DNA of 56,068 bases from positions 1 to 56,068 of the forward strand of contig JANOAV010000031.1 in NCBI GenBank assembly GCA_031411295.1, given 5' to 3'. Both the position numbers and the translations under genes were made by a program. A model generated the notes under the pieces. That model was not told the origin of the DNA and did not search any database. It saw only the letters and a program-made list of their open reading frames with translations. The stretch is from Verrucomicrobiales bacterium (GTDB lineage Bacteria > Verrucomicrobiota > Verrucomicrobiia > Verrucomicrobiales > V1-33). Below are positions 39,118 to 49,434 of the stretch, in pieces (the first letter of the stretch is position 1; every line of letters starts with the position of its first letter).

Positions 39118-39993
39118 ATGAAGAGTATGACCGGATTTGGCCGTGGCGAAGTGAGCACAGATGATTTTCGTCTGCGCGTGGAACTCTCGTCGGTAAATCG
39201 CAAGCAGAGCGACATCGTCGTCAACCTGCCGCGCGAGTGGTCCGGCTTGGAAATTGACACCCGGAAGTTGATCGCAGGAGCCGTCAGTCGTGGCCGGGTC
39301 CAAGTGCAGGTGCTGGTGGAGCCGCTGCACCAGAAGACGGTGCAACTGCAAGTGGATGCCGAGCTAGCCCGCCAATATGTCGAGGCCATGCGGCACCTCA
39401 CAGGGAGTCTGGCGCTCACGGGTGAACTCACCCCCAGCGATCTGCTCCGCGCTCCGGGCGTATTTTCCACCGGTGAAGTCAAGATGACTCCGGAAACGGT
39501 CTGGCCCCATCTCGAAGCCGCTCTGAAGGCCGCTCTGGAAGCGTTCTCGCAGAGCCGCACCAGGGAAGGTGCTCATTTAAAAGAAGATTTGCAAACCCGG
39601 TTAGCGCTCGTGGAGGAACTCGCAGCCGCCATCGCCCGGCAGACTCCGGAAGTGGTCAAAGCCTACCACGAACAGATGAGCAAACGCCTCGCAGAAGCGG
39701 GCCTACCGCTGCCGTTGGACGACGAGCGACTGCTCAAGGAAATCGCGGTATTTGCTGATAAATGCGACATTTCCGAAGAAGCGACCCGCTTGCAGGGGCA
39801 TATCCAAGAGTTCCGCCGACTCCTGGCAAGCCAGGAGCCGCAAGGTCGGGCGCTGGATTTCTTAACTCAGGAACTGCATCGCGAGCTGAACACCATGGGC
39901 TCCAAAGGCAACAGCACTTCCATTGCGCACTTGGTGGTGGCCGGAAAGACCGAAGTTGAGCGCATTCGCGAGCAAGTGCAGAACGTCGAATAA
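39118..39993 (+). CDS. yicC: YicC/YloC family endoribonuclease
   Basis: MKSMTGFG, SVN, DISEE..RL, LDFL.QE..RE.NT..SK and EQVQNVE motifs. Confidence 0.93.
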   Translation: MKSMTGFGRGEVSTDDFRLRVELSSVNRKQSDIVVNLPREWSGLEIDTRKLIAGAVSRGRVQVQVLVEPLHQKTVQLQVDAELARQYVEAMRHLTGSLALTGELTPSDLLRAPGVFSTGEVKMTPETVWPHLEAALKAALEAFSQSRTREGAHLKEDLQTRLALVEELAAAIARQTPEVVKAYHEQMSKRLAEAGLPLPLDDERLLKEIAVFADKCDISEEATRLQGHIQEFRRLLASQEPQGRALDFLTQELHRELNTMGSKGNSTSIAHLVVAGKTEVERIREQVQNVE

Positions 39994-40001
39994 GCCCCCG
40001 C

Positions 40002-40619
40002 ATGAACACCCGTAAATCCTTACTCATCATTGTTTCCGGGCCCAGTGGCTCAGGGAAGACCACCCTGTGCCAGAACCTTCGCGCGGTGGAACCACTCTAT
40101 TACACCATCTCCTGCACCACCCGGCCCCAGCGGCCGGGGGAAGTCCACGGAGAGCATTATTTTTTCCTATCCGACACAGAATTCGCCCAGAAGATCACCT
40201 CCGGGGAAATGCTGGAACACGCCACCGTGCATGGCCGCAGCTATGGCACCCTGAAGGCCGAAGTGCTGCCCCGGTTGCGCGCGGGTCAGGATGTCATCAT
40301 GGATCTGGACACTCAGGGAGCCGCGCAAATCCGCGCCTGCCTGGATGAGGAGATCGCAGCGGCCCGCGTGGATATCTTCATTTTGCCAACCACTGCGGAA
40401 ACGTTTCGCCAGCGCCTGGCGGCCCGGGATAGCGAATCCGCCGAGCAAGTGGAACTCCGCATGAACAACGCCCGTGAAGAAATGAAGCACTGGCGCGAAT
40501 ACGACTACGCCCTGGTCAGCGGCACGCGCGAGGAAGACCTAACCGCCCTGCGCACCATCCTGGCAGCGGAGCGCATGAAAGCAGACCGCTTGATCACAGC
40601 AGCGGCGGATGACGTTTAG
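40002..40619 (+). CDS. gmk: Guanylate kinase
   Basis: SGPSGSGKTT, ISCTTR..R.GE..G..Y.F, YGT; typical yicC-gmk synteny. Confidence 0.93.
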   Translation: MNTRKSLLIIVSGPSGSGKTTLCQNLRAVEPLYYTISCTTRPQRPGEVHGEHYFFLSDTEFAQKITSGEMLEHATVHGRSYGTLKAEVLPRLRAGQDVIMDLDTQGAAQIRACLDEEIAAARVDIFILPTTAETFRQRLAARDSESAEQVELRMNNAREEMKHWREYDYALVSGTREEDLTALRTILAAERMKADRLITAAADDV

Positions 40620-40706
40620 TTGAACCATGCTGACGTGCTCCATCGGGCACAGGAAAATGGAGATCGTGGGAAACTTTTCGTTCGCATTTCGTCTGTAGTC
40701 CATACC

Positions 40707-43700
40707 ATGGAAATTATGCACGCCCCGATCTGCCCGGACTGTGGAAGCGCCCTGACCGGGACGCTCTCGGAAGGCCTGTGCCCCGGTTGCCTCCTGGGCG
40801 GCGTGCTGGCGCGGGCGGAGTGCCTGGACCCAGCCCCGCAGCCGGAAGATCCCGCGGCCCTGCGTTGGTGCGGTGAATATGAGATTCTGGGGCTGCTGGC
40901 GCGGGGTGCCATGGGAGTGGTGCTCCGGGCGCGCAAGGTCGGGCTGAGTCGGGAAGTGGCCTTAAAAATGATCGCCACGGCGGATCTGGCCGCACCGGAT
41001 GAAGTGCGTCGTTTCCGCCTGGAGGCGGAAGTGATCGCCCAACTTGATCACCCGAACATCGTTCCGGTCTATGATATGGGCGAGCACGACGGTCGGCCCT
41101 TTTTCGTCATGAAATTAGCCGAAGGAGGCACGCTCTTGGAGCGACTGCCGCTGCACGGGCCGCCCGCCGCAGCGGTGGAGATCATTTTAAAAGTCGCTCG
41201 GGCGGTGCATTTTGCGCATGAGCATGGCGTGCTGCATCGAGATCTGAAACCTGCGAATATCCTGCTGGATGCGGCGGGCGAGCCACTGGTGAGCGATTTC
41301 GGATTGGCCCGGCTGGCGCAGAGTGCTAGCGCCAGTTTCGCCACCGGCACGGGAGTCGGCACCCCGGCTTATATGGCCCCGGAGCAGGCGCTGGGGTCGC
41401 ACGCGGTCACCACGACATCGGATGTGTATGGACTCGGGGCGGTGTTGTATCATCTCCTAACGGGTCAACCACCCTTTACTGGTTCCAGCGCTCTGGCCGT
41501 ATTACGACTGGCGGAGACCACGGACCCATCGGATCCAGGATCGCTGAATGCGCAGGTGGATCGAGATTTGGCGACCATCTGTCTTAAATGTCTCGAAAAA
41601 GTTCCCGGCCAGCGTTACCGCTCCGCCATGGCCTTGGCAGATGATCTGATGCGCTGGCAGCGCGGGGAGCCAGTCCTCGCCCGGCGGGCTGGTTGGTCGG
41701 AACGGCTTTGGAAATGGGCGAAACGCCGCCCGACCCTGGCCACCCTTTATTTCACCGGAGCCGTGGGTGTCACCACGCTGGCCACCGTGCTGGCCATGGG
41801 AAATATTCTCCTGCGCGATGAAAGGAATTATGCCCAGTCCCAGGAAGTTATCGCCAAGTTAGGCACCGCTCGCGCCGAGGCCAGCGAGCAAGCGATGCGG
41901 CTCAATGTTTACGCTGCAGACATGTTTCTGGCCCGACGAGCGCTGGACGATGGTCATCTGGGGGTGGCGCGGCAAACCCTGGCACGCCATGCGCCTGCTC
42001 CGGGAGCCGTGGATTTACGGGGCTTCGAGTGGTATGCCTTGGATCGCCAGTGTCGGGGCGATGATGACCGCGTCCTGGCAGGGCATGCGGCAGCCGTATT
42101 AGCGCTGGCCTGGAGCCCGGACGGGACCCGCGTAGCGACTGCGGGGATGGATGGGTTATTGAAAATTTGGGATCCTCAGGCGGGCACGCTCGTGAAGGAA
42201 TTACCCGATCAGCCAGCGCAATCGAAACTCGGGGAATTGGCCATTCTTTCCAATCTGCCGCTGCGCTCGCCTGAAACTGGGGCCCTGCTGGTGCCTGGCT
42301 CCGGGGTCTCGGTGGACGAGATGCGGATGCGGGCCCGCGCCTCAAGTCTGGGGGAAATTCACGCCCTGGCGTGGTCACCCGATGGCACCATGTTAGCGAC
42401 CGCTGGGATTGGCTCCTATGTTCGCTTATGGAAAACCTCTAACTGGTCCTACCTAGGTTTCCTTCCCATCAAGACTTGCTCCCAACTGGCGTTCACCACC
42501 GAACACCAACTGGTGGTGTCCGTCACTGGTTCGCCCGCCAAAGGAATCACCAACGAAATACGGCTCTATGATCTGACAAACCTCAAACGTCTTCGCACTT
42601 GGACGGAGGTAGCTCCCCGCTTCGCCCTAGCGGGCGCAGCCCATCTACTGGCGGTGGCTCGAGACGATGGGGCGGTGGAACTCCACGATCTGGTTAGCGG
42701 CACGCGTCAGCAATCATTCAACGTGCAGCCAGGCATCACGGCTCTGGCCATTTCGCAAGACGGACGATTACTGGCCGCCCTGCACGGCCCCAATGGCACG
42801 CTCTGGCAGGTCAAGGACGGTCGGCTCGTGGCGGGATTCAGTTCTGCCGCAGAAGGATTTCAGTGCCTGGCCCTATCTGCGGACGGCTCGATCCTAGCCG
42901 CCAGTGGAGCGGGCCATGTCGTGCAGTTGTTCAACGGCCAGGACGGCACGCGCCTGCATTCCCTGCGCGGGCATGATGATGAATTGCTGGCGCTGGCATT
43001 CTCCCCCGATGGGAAATCACTCGTCTCCGGCAGCAACGACCAATCCGCTCGACTCTGGTCCCCCGAAGCCACTTCCCATCGCAGCCCAGAGATACCGGTG
43101 CGGGGAAGTTACGGGGCCTGCAATTCCAAGGGCACGCTCCTCCTCGCCTCCGCCTCCGACGGCACCGTCCAATGCTGGCAGATCGATGGCAAGTTAATCT
43201 GCACGACGCCTCCTGATGCTCCGCGAGTGGTGCTCGGCTTCTCCCAGGATGACACTATATTCAGCACGCTCCAGGAAAAGTCCGGACTGTTGGAATGGTG
43301 GCATCTCGATGGTTCGTCAGCGGGCCCCGCCCTTCCCTTGCCCATGCCCGCTGGCACGGCGTATGTGGCCTCAGCCTCGCAAGGATGGATCGCCCTGGCC
43401 CCACCGAAACGCCCCGTGACGCTCTACGATTGGCAGACCGGAAAGCTCCTGCGGACGCTCCCCCTGGCTCCGGTGAGAATTGCCCGCCTCCACGCCTCAC
43501 CCGATGGTCGCTGGATTGGGGCCATGGAGTGGCCACGTAATCTGGTGCTGCTGGACACCACCACGGGCCTCTGGAGCGAGAAACGACGCATCACCTCGGG
43601 CGTGGCTGGCCCCATCGTATTCTCGCCCGACAGCAGCTTGCTCGCCACTAGCGGAAATGATAATTTAGTCACAGTCTGGGAACCCACTACGGGTCGAATG

Positions 43701-43934
43701 CTGGCATCCCTCCGCGGTCACAAGTCGGAAGTGAAGGCCCTGGCATTCACGGCTGACAACCACACCTTGGCCTCCTCCAGCACGGATGGAACCATTCATC
43801 TCTGGCATACCCGAACCTGGCGGGAGCTGGGCCCACTGCATCGGGGCCCGTTGTGCACCGCCTTGGTGTTTACCCCTCAGGGACTGGTGGCTGACGAATA
43901 TGATCGACGCTGGATCCTCATTCCCGGCGGCTAG
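40707..43934 (+). CDS. Ser/Thr protein kinase with TM helix and WD40 repeats
   Basis: CxxC..CxxC N-terminus, GAMGVV, VALK, HRDLKPAN, DFG and GTPAYMAPE motifs, GH..V..LAFSPDG WD40 repeats. ATG at 40707 preferred as start. Confidence 0.92.
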   Translation: MEIMHAPICPDCGSALTGTLSEGLCPGCLLGGVLARAECLDPAPQPEDPAALRWCGEYEILGLLARGAMGVVLRARKVGLSREVALKMIATADLAAPDEVRRFRLEAEVIAQLDHPNIVPVYDMGEHDGRPFFVMKLAEGGTLLERLPLHGPPAAAVEIILKVARAVHFAHEHGVLHRDLKPANILLDAAGEPLVSDFGLARLAQSASASFATGTGVGTPAYMAPEQALGSHAVTTTSDVYGLGAVLYHLLTGQPPFTGSSALAVLRLAETTDPSDPGSLNAQVDRDLATICLKCLEKVPGQRYRSAMALADDLMRWQRGEPVLARRAGWSERLWKWAKRRPTLATLYFTGAVGVTTLATVLAMGNILLRDERNYAQSQEVIAKLGTARAEASEQAMRLNVYAADMFLARRALDDGHLGVARQTLARHAPAPGAVDLRGFEWYALDRQCRGDDDRVLAGHAAAVLALAWSPDGTRVATAGMDGLLKIWDPQAGTLVKELPDQPAQSKLGELAILSNLPLRSPETGALLVPGSGVSVDEMRMRARASSLGEIHALAWSPDGTMLATAGIGSYVRLWKTSNWSYLGFLPIKTCSQLAFTTEHQLVVSVTGSPAKGITNEIRLYDLTNLKRLRTWTEVAPRFALAGAAHLLAVARDDGAVELHDLVSGTRQQSFNVQPGITALAISQDGRLLAALHGPNGTLWQVKDGRLVAGFSSAAEGFQCLALSADGSILAASGAGHVVQLFNGQDGTRLHSLRGHDDELLALAFSPDGKSLVSGSNDQSARLWSPEATSHRSPEIPVRGSYGACNSKGTLLLASASDGTVQCWQIDGKLICTTPPDAPRVVLGFSQDDTIFSTLQEKSGLLEWWHLDGSSAGPALPLPMPAGTAYVASASQGWIALAPPKRPVTLYDWQTGKLLRTLPLAPVRIARLHASPDGRWIGAMEWPRNLVLLDTTTGLWSEKRRITSGVAGPIVFSPDSSLLATSGNDNLVTVWEPTTGRMLASLRGHKSEVKALAFTADNHTLASSSTDGTIHLWHTRTWRELGPLHRGPLCTALVFTPQGLVADEYDRRWILIPGG

Positions 43935-43967
43935 CCTGCACCCCACACACCTCCGGCACGATCCTGA

Positions 43968-44055
43968 TTGGTAAAAGATTGTTGGTAAAAGATAAAACCC
44001 ATCTCCATCCAATTTTTTACTTACCAAGCATCTTTTACCAAAAATCTTTTACCAA
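43968..44055. repeat. AT-rich inverted repeat built from TTGGTAAAAGAT units
   Basis: 43968-43993 and 44030-44055 are inverted repeats matching at 25/26 positions. Confidence 0.85.
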
Positions 44056-44184
44056 ATCTCACCAACAAGGACCATCCGTTGGAGTTCCGCCTGTAGCCCC
44101 TTACGCTGGATCTTCCTCCCCGGCAGCTAGCCAACCCTTATCACCTCCGCCACTGCGCAATTGGCTTGCATCCAGTCCACTGAC

Positions 44185-45807
44185 ATGCACACTGCCATTC
44201 GTTCGATGCTACTTCGTCTTTTTAACCGACCTTGCTTGCGGAGGGGATCAAGTTGCCAAATCCGTGGGCCCTGGGGCCGCGTGGCGGGGCTCTTGATCAC
44301 CTGTGCTCTGCTATGGTGCGGAGCCAGCAGGGCGGCGGAGAAAAAGCCCTCCCCCACTCCAGCCAAGCCCAGCGCCTCGCTGGCCAAGGCTCCCAACACC
44401 AAAACTAATCCGGTGGTGGATCGTGCCGAATGGCGCCCCAAGTATTACAACGGCCGCAGCTATGTCTCACTGGCGGCAGTAGCGTCCTACTATGGCTTCA
44501 ACAAACTGGATGTGGACGGCACGGAGATCTCCATGAGTCTGAGTGATCCGCCGATCCGTTTCGATGCCACCATGGGCAAGAAACGGGTGAAATTAAATAA
44601 CATGGTTTTCTACTTTAGTTTCCCCATCATCAGCTTCGGCGGGCAACCCGTCATGATGAGTTCCTTCGACGTCTCCAACGTCCTCGATCCCATCTTGCGG
44701 CCCAAGGCGAGACGCGACCCCAGCGTCCTTAAAGTAGTCGTCTTAGACCCGGCCGGCGGAGGCGTGGAGAACGGGGTTGTTTCCACCTACGGCAAGGAAA
44801 AGGACGTCACCCTGGATATCGCGCGCCATATGAGACCGCTCTTGGAGGGCTGGGGATTCACCGTCATCATGACCCGTGACGGGGATGAAGCCGTCTGGCC
44901 ATTGGAGCGCGTGCGCATGGCCAATCTGATTCATGAGGAGGCCATCTACGTGAGCCTGCAACTGGCCAGCGGCGGCAGTTCCGCCAAGGGCATCGAGACC
45001 ACGACCATCCCCCCAGCCAACACCCCTGCCACCAATGCCATGGAGAAGGCGGAGATCGACAAACGATTCTATCCTGGCAATATTAACGAGCGTGAAAGCA
45101 TGGCTCTAGCCACGACCCTGCAAAGCAGCCTGATCATCGGCACTAAAGCCACCGATCTTGGAATCACTCGCATTCCCTCCGAAGAGATGCGCAGCATCGA
45201 AATGCCCGCCGTCGTCTGTCGGTTAGGATTCCTCACCCACAAGGAAGAAGGTCTGAAATTGGCCAGCCCAGAATACCGGCAAACCGTCGGTGAATCGCTC
45301 TCGCGCGGCATCAAGAAATACGCCGATTTCCTCAGCAAAGATTTGGAGAAACGCCGCGCGGAGGACGCCCAACGACCGCTCGTGTTCGGACGCATTCAAG
45401 CCACTCATCTCGACGCGGCCGCTGGCGTGCCCGGTGAGCGGGTCATCATTCGCGTGCCCGTCGTAGCTTCCCGCCAGGTGGATATTGACCGCTCCAAACT
45501 CGAAGTGCAAATGTTTGTCTTCGAGCGGGTTAACAATGTGGACCTTGACCTAACTGTCAGCAACACGCCGAAAATTGAATGGCTCTCGGTGCTCCCGGAC
45601 TGGAAAAATTCCACCACGGAGACCTTCCAAGCCATTTATGAGCGCCCCCGGCTCACGACTTTGGAAACCGAGAAATACGGCCGACGCGCCTATTACGGCT
45701 ACGTGGCGCGGCTCATTTACGACGGCAAACTCCTGGATGAATCTGGCGATCCCACGAATCTGAATCGATGTTTGTATTACTTTACACCGGTTTTCCCGAA
45801 ACGTTAG
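44185..45807 (+). CDS. N-acetylmuramoyl-L-alanine amidase (Amidase_3)-like protein with degenerate active site and extra C-terminal domain
   Basis: VVLDPAGGG, EKDVTL, MTRDGD...L.ER..AN and P.V...GFLT fold motifs. Start uncertain. Confidence 0.75.
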   Translation: MHTAIRSMLLRLFNRPCLRRGSSCQIRGPWGRVAGLLITCALLWCGASRAAEKKPSPTPAKPSASLAKAPNTKTNPVVDRAEWRPKYYNGRSYVSLAAVASYYGFNKLDVDGTEISMSLSDPPIRFDATMGKKRVKLNNMVFYFSFPIISFGGQPVMMSSFDVSNVLDPILRPKARRDPSVLKVVVLDPAGGGVENGVVSTYGKEKDVTLDIARHMRPLLEGWGFTVIMTRDGDEAVWPLERVRMANLIHEEAIYVSLQLASGGSSAKGIETTTIPPANTPATNAMEKAEIDKRFYPGNINERESMALATTLQSSLIIGTKATDLGITRIPSEEMRSIEMPAVVCRLGFLTHKEEGLKLASPEYRQTVGESLSRGIKKYADFLSKDLEKRRAEDAQRPLVFGRIQATHLDAAAGVPGERVIIRVPVVASRQVDIDRSKLEVQMFVFERVNNVDLDLTVSNTPKIEWLSVLPDWKNSTTETFQAIYERPRLTTLETEKYGRRAYYGYVARLIYDGKLLDESGDPTNLNRCLYYFTPVFPKR

Positions 45808-45808
45808 T

Positions 45809-46606
45809 TCAATTACTCGTCACCCGCGTCAACGTCCCCCGCCGCCGACCTGATTCCAGCACCCAGGCGTAGCAAAGCCCTGCTGCCGCCAGCCAAACGG
45901 CATTGAGCCCGAACGATATCCAGAGACCGTTCCAATTCAGCGGTTGATGATCCAAAACTCCCCGCATCGCTTCGAAGACATAGGTGCAAGGCAGGCATTT
46001 GCCAATCACTTGGGCCCAAGCAGGCAGCGTCGATAACGGATAGAACACCGCTGCCGCCGGTTGGATCAGGAACGGCACCGCCCAGGCCAGCACCTCCGCC
46101 GCCTGCCCCCAGCGCATGATCAGCGCGGAAGAGAACATGCCAAGACACCAACCAAACAAGAGCAGGCTGATAAAGCACGGCACCAAACTCCACTCCATCT
46201 GGAACAAGTTGAAGTTAAAATTTACCGCTGCCAAAATCACCAGCACCGTTACCGCCACCAGCGTCCGCAGAATGCCCACCAGAATCCCCGCCGTGAGATA
46301 CTCCACCGGACGCACCGGAGCCACGAAAACGTTATGCAGATTCTTGGTCCATACGTCCTCCAGAAAGGAAATGGCCACGCCCTGCTGCGCTCGGAAAAGA
46401 ATGTCCCACAAGATCACCCCACCAAGGAGCCAGGAAACGAACTGCGGCACCTCGCCATCCGCTTTGTGATTCAGGAAGACGGACAGACTCCCCCAGACCA
46501 GCAGTTCCATGATCGGCCAGAAGAACAACTCCACCAAGCGAACGTAGTTTCTGGAATAGAGAAACAGATAGCGTAAAACAAAGGCATAGACGACCCGGAT
46601 GCTCAT
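45809..46606 (-). CDS. ABC-2 type transporter permease
   Basis: About six TM helices; FYP...LP.W......P motif. Confidence 0.88.
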   Translation of the reverse strand: MSIRVVYAFVLRYLFLYSRNYVRLVELFFWPIMELLVWGSLSVFLNHKADGEVPQFVSWLLGGVILWDILFRAQQGVAISFLEDVWTKNLHNVFVAPVRPVEYLTAGILVGILRTLVAVTVLVILAAVNFNFNLFQMEWSLVPCFISLLLFGWCLGMFSSALIMRWGQAAEVLAWAVPFLIQPAAAVFYPLSTLPAWAQVIGKCLPCTYVFEAMRGVLDHQPLNWNGLWISFGLNAVWLAAAGLCYAWVLESGRRRGTLTRVTSN

Positions 46607-47373
46607 AAGACAGGAGTGCTGGGGGTTGGTTGGGCGTCCTCGATCACCCCATCCCGCACGATGCGGATGAAGACGTCCTCCATGCTGGTTTGCTGGAAAC
46701 GAGCCACGATCTCGCTGGGAGTGCCTTCCGTGACCACCTTCCCCCGATGCATGAACACCACCCGATCACAGACCTCTTCAACATCCCTCATGTTGTGCGA
46801 GGTATAAAGGATTCCGATGTTGCGCTCCTGCTGAATCCGACGCACAATTTTGCGCACTTTGTCGGCAATGTCCGGATCCAGGCTGGCCGTAGGCTCGTCT
46901 AATAGCAGGAGTTCCGGATCATTGATCAGCGCCTTGCAGAGGTGCAATCGCGTGCTCTCACCGGCTGACAAGTGTCCCGTGACCCGTTTCCGAAGATGGG
47001 TGATTTCAAACAACTCCAGCAGTTCATCGATTTTCCTCTTGGCGTGCTTCACGTGGTAGATTTGCGCAAAGACATATAAATTCTGCCACACCAGCAGGTT
47101 GGCCGGAAGATCGCTGTAGGCCGAGGAAGAATTCAGCCGCCGCAGCACCTTGATGCGATCATGATAGGGATCCATTCCAAAAACCCGAATGGAACCACTG
47201 GTGGGCTTAATCATGCCTAAAATACTGCCCATGGCGGTCGATTTGCCGGCTCCGTTGGCCCCCAGCAACCCCAGAATTTCTCCAGGTTGAATCGTCAGGT
47301 TCAGGCAGTCGATGGCCACCTGTTGATCGAACGTGCGATGGAGGTCTCGGACTTCCAGAAGGGGCGTGGGCAT
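46603..47373 (-). CDS. ABC transporter ATP-binding protein
   Basis: GANGAGKST, LSAGE, LLLDEPT and SH motifs; ATG at 47373. Confidence 0.92.
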   Translation of the reverse strand: MPTPLLEVRDLHRTFDQQVAIDCLNLTIQPGEILGLLGANGAGKSTAMGSILGMIKPTSGSIRVFGMDPYHDRIKVLRRLNSSSAYSDLPANLLVWQNLYVFAQIYHVKHAKRKIDELLELFEITHLRKRVTGHLSAGESTRLHLCKALINDPELLLLDEPTASLDPDIADKVRKIVRRIQQERNIGILYTSHNMRDVEEVCDRVVFMHRGKVVTEGTPSEIVARFQQTSMEDVFIRIVRDGVIEDAQPTPSTPVL

Positions 47374-47396
47374 GCAGTGGGGGAATAAAAAAGGGA

Positions 47397-47468
47397 TACG
47401 TGGTGAGGGATTTGAACCCCCGACCAACTGCGTGTAAAGCAGTCGCTCTACCACTGAGCTAACCACGC
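47397..47468 (-). tRNA. tRNA-Val (anticodon TAC), CCA not encoded
   Basis: Full cloverleaf: GCGTGGT TA GCTC AGTGGTA GAGC G ACTGC TTTACAC GCAGT TGGTC GGGGG TTCAAAT CCCTC ACCACGT A. Confidence 0.95.
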
Positions 47469-47637
47469 GTAGCATTGATGCGAGCGCAGACCATACCGGG
47501 CCACACCACCTTGTCAAAAAAAATCGCCAAAGTCCTTCTCAACTCTCCCCGACACAAACCACGAAAGCCCCGGGGCATGGGAAATCTTCATTGATTTCAG
47601 CTTGTTCCTGTGGGTAACTCGGTCCCATACTCCGCCC

Positions 47638-48123
47638 ATGAAACGATTTCTTGCCATTGTTCTCCCGCTGGCTCAGCTAACTTTGAGTGCCGCAGCCCAG
47701 CAACCCGCAAAGCCTGCTCCGCCGAGCAAGGCTGCCTTTGTGGCGGCCGGAGAGAAGTTATTCACCAAGCTGGAAGAGTTCAGCGTGGTGCTGGACACCG
47801 CCAAAGACGGCCCTTCAGCCGAAGCCGCCAAGCCCAAACTCGTCAAGCTCAATAAGGAAATCGAAGCCCTCAGCAAAGCCGCCGCCGCCCTGGGCGAGCC
47901 GCCCCCGGAGCTGGAAAACGATCCCAAAATGCGTCAGCGCGCGGAAACGTTGATGACCAAGTTGGTGCCGCTCACGCAGCGGATTGCCGCCGATCCTGTC
48001 ATCCTGCCGATTCTCCAACAAACCCTGAAAGATTTCCAGCGTGCTTCTTCCGGAGGCGTCGCCCCAGACCCAACCCCGCCACCCAGCAAAGCCGCCCCCA
48101 CTGGTAGTCCAGCTGGCAAGTAA
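47638..48123 (+). CDS. Hypothetical secreted helical protein
   Basis: Signal peptide MKRFLAIVLP..AAA; host-like codon usage. Confidence 0.75.
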   Translation: MKRFLAIVLPLAQLTLSAAAQQPAKPAPPSKAAFVAAGEKLFTKLEEFSVVLDTAKDGPSAEAAKPKLVKLNKEIEALSKAAAALGEPPPELENDPKMRQRAETLMTKLVPLTQRIAADPVILPILQQTLKDFQRASSGGVAPDPTPPPSKAAPTGSPAGK

Positions 48124-48176
48124 TCCTTCCTTCGCTTTTTTCCTTCACCTTCCTCCCTTCCCTTACCTTATCTGAC

Positions 48177-49235
48177 ATGAATATCCTCGTTACTGGTGCC
48201 GCTGGCTTCATTGGCTCTAACCTCGTTCACTACCTACTGGGCCCTGCCGCCGCCGAAACCGGAGCCACCATTTCCAAGGTGGTAAATTTAGACAAACTCA
48301 CCTACGCCGGCAACCCGGAGAACCTGAAGCCTGTCGCTAACGACCCACGTCACATTTTCGTAAAAGGCGATATCATGGACAGTGCGTTGGTGAAGCAATT
48401 ACTGGTGGAGCACGACATTGATGCCATCATGCATCTGGCCGCCGAATCACATGTGGATCGCTCCATCGACTCCCCGGAAGAATTCATCCAAACCAATTTC
48501 GTCGGCACCTTCCGCCTGCTGTTTGAAGCGAATGAATACCGCAAGGCGAAACCCAATTTCCGCTTCCTCCATGTTTCCACCGACGAAGTCTATGGATCGC
48601 TGGGAGCCACCGACCCCGCCTTCTGCGAGACCACCCCCTACGCCCCGAACAGCCCGTATTCTGCCTCCAAGGCCGGCAGCGACTTCCTGGCCCGCGCCTA
48701 TCATCACACCTACGGCATGGATGTGGTCACCACAAACTGCTCCAACAACTACGGCCCCTATCAGTTTCCGGAGAAACTCATTCCCCTGATGGTTCGCAAA
48801 GTCCTGCGCGGTGAATCCCTTCCCGTCTATGGCGATGGCACGAACGTGCGTGACTGGCTCTACGTCGAAGATCATTGCCGCGGGCTCTTTCTGGCGCTGC
48901 TCAAAGGTCGCTCTGGAGAGACCTACTGCATCGGCGGCCGCTGTGAACAACAGAACATCCAAGTCGTCCACGAACTCATTGCGGCCGTCCACACCCATCA
49001 AGCCCCGGAACAACGGAAGGCCGCCACAGACATCATCACCTACGTCAAAGACCGCCCCGGTCATGACCGTCGCTACGCCATCAACTGCGATAAAATTTCC
49101 ACCGAACTAGGCTGGGCCCCCAAAGAAAACTTCGCCAGCGGCCTGGCCAAAACCGTCGCCTGGTATGTGCAAAACCCCCAGTGGGTCGAAGCCATCGAAC
49201 AAGGCACCTACCAAGGCCAGCGCCTCGGGGCGTAA
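48177..49235 (+). CDS. rfbB: dTDP-glucose 4,6-dehydratase
   Basis: GAAGFIG, DKLTYAGN, AAESHVDRSI, STDEVYG, YSASK and DRPGHDRRYA motifs. Confidence 0.96.
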   Translation: MNILVTGAAGFIGSNLVHYLLGPAAAETGATISKVVNLDKLTYAGNPENLKPVANDPRHIFVKGDIMDSALVKQLLVEHDIDAIMHLAAESHVDRSIDSPEEFIQTNFVGTFRLLFEANEYRKAKPNFRFLHVSTDEVYGSLGATDPAFCETTPYAPNSPYSASKAGSDFLARAYHHTYGMDVVTTNCSNNYGPYQFPEKLIPLMVRKVLRGESLPVYGDGTNVRDWLYVEDHCRGLFLALLKGRSGETYCIGGRCEQQNIQVVHELIAAVHTHQAPEQRKAATDIITYVKDRPGHDRRYAINCDKISTELGWAPKENFASGLAKTVAWYVQNPQWVEAIEQGTYQGQRLGA

Positions 49236-49434
49236 GTGTTCCCCGAGACGTGGGATCGTGCTCCAGATTATCTCTGTGTCTTCGAATAAGAGAGTGTTGC
49301 CCGGGCGCTCGGTTAGCCTGCTCGACCTGTCAGGGTGTAACAGCAGACTGCGGCAATCCATGATGGCTGCGCCACGGAATTGTCCATCCATCCAGTTGCG
49401 GTTGATCACTACCACAGCCGGCCGAGTGACAGAC

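Noticed and set aside
47397..47468. tRNA-Val as an integration site
   Set aside because: No duplicated tRNA 3' end or integrase was seen.
47374..47517. N-terminal extension of the ABC ATPase ORF
   Set aside because: It reads through the tRNA-Val gene; the real start is probably the ATG at 47373.
48124..48172. Pyrimidine-rich tract before rfbB
   Set aside because: Probably an unstructured non-Shine-Dalgarno leader; no further evidence of function.
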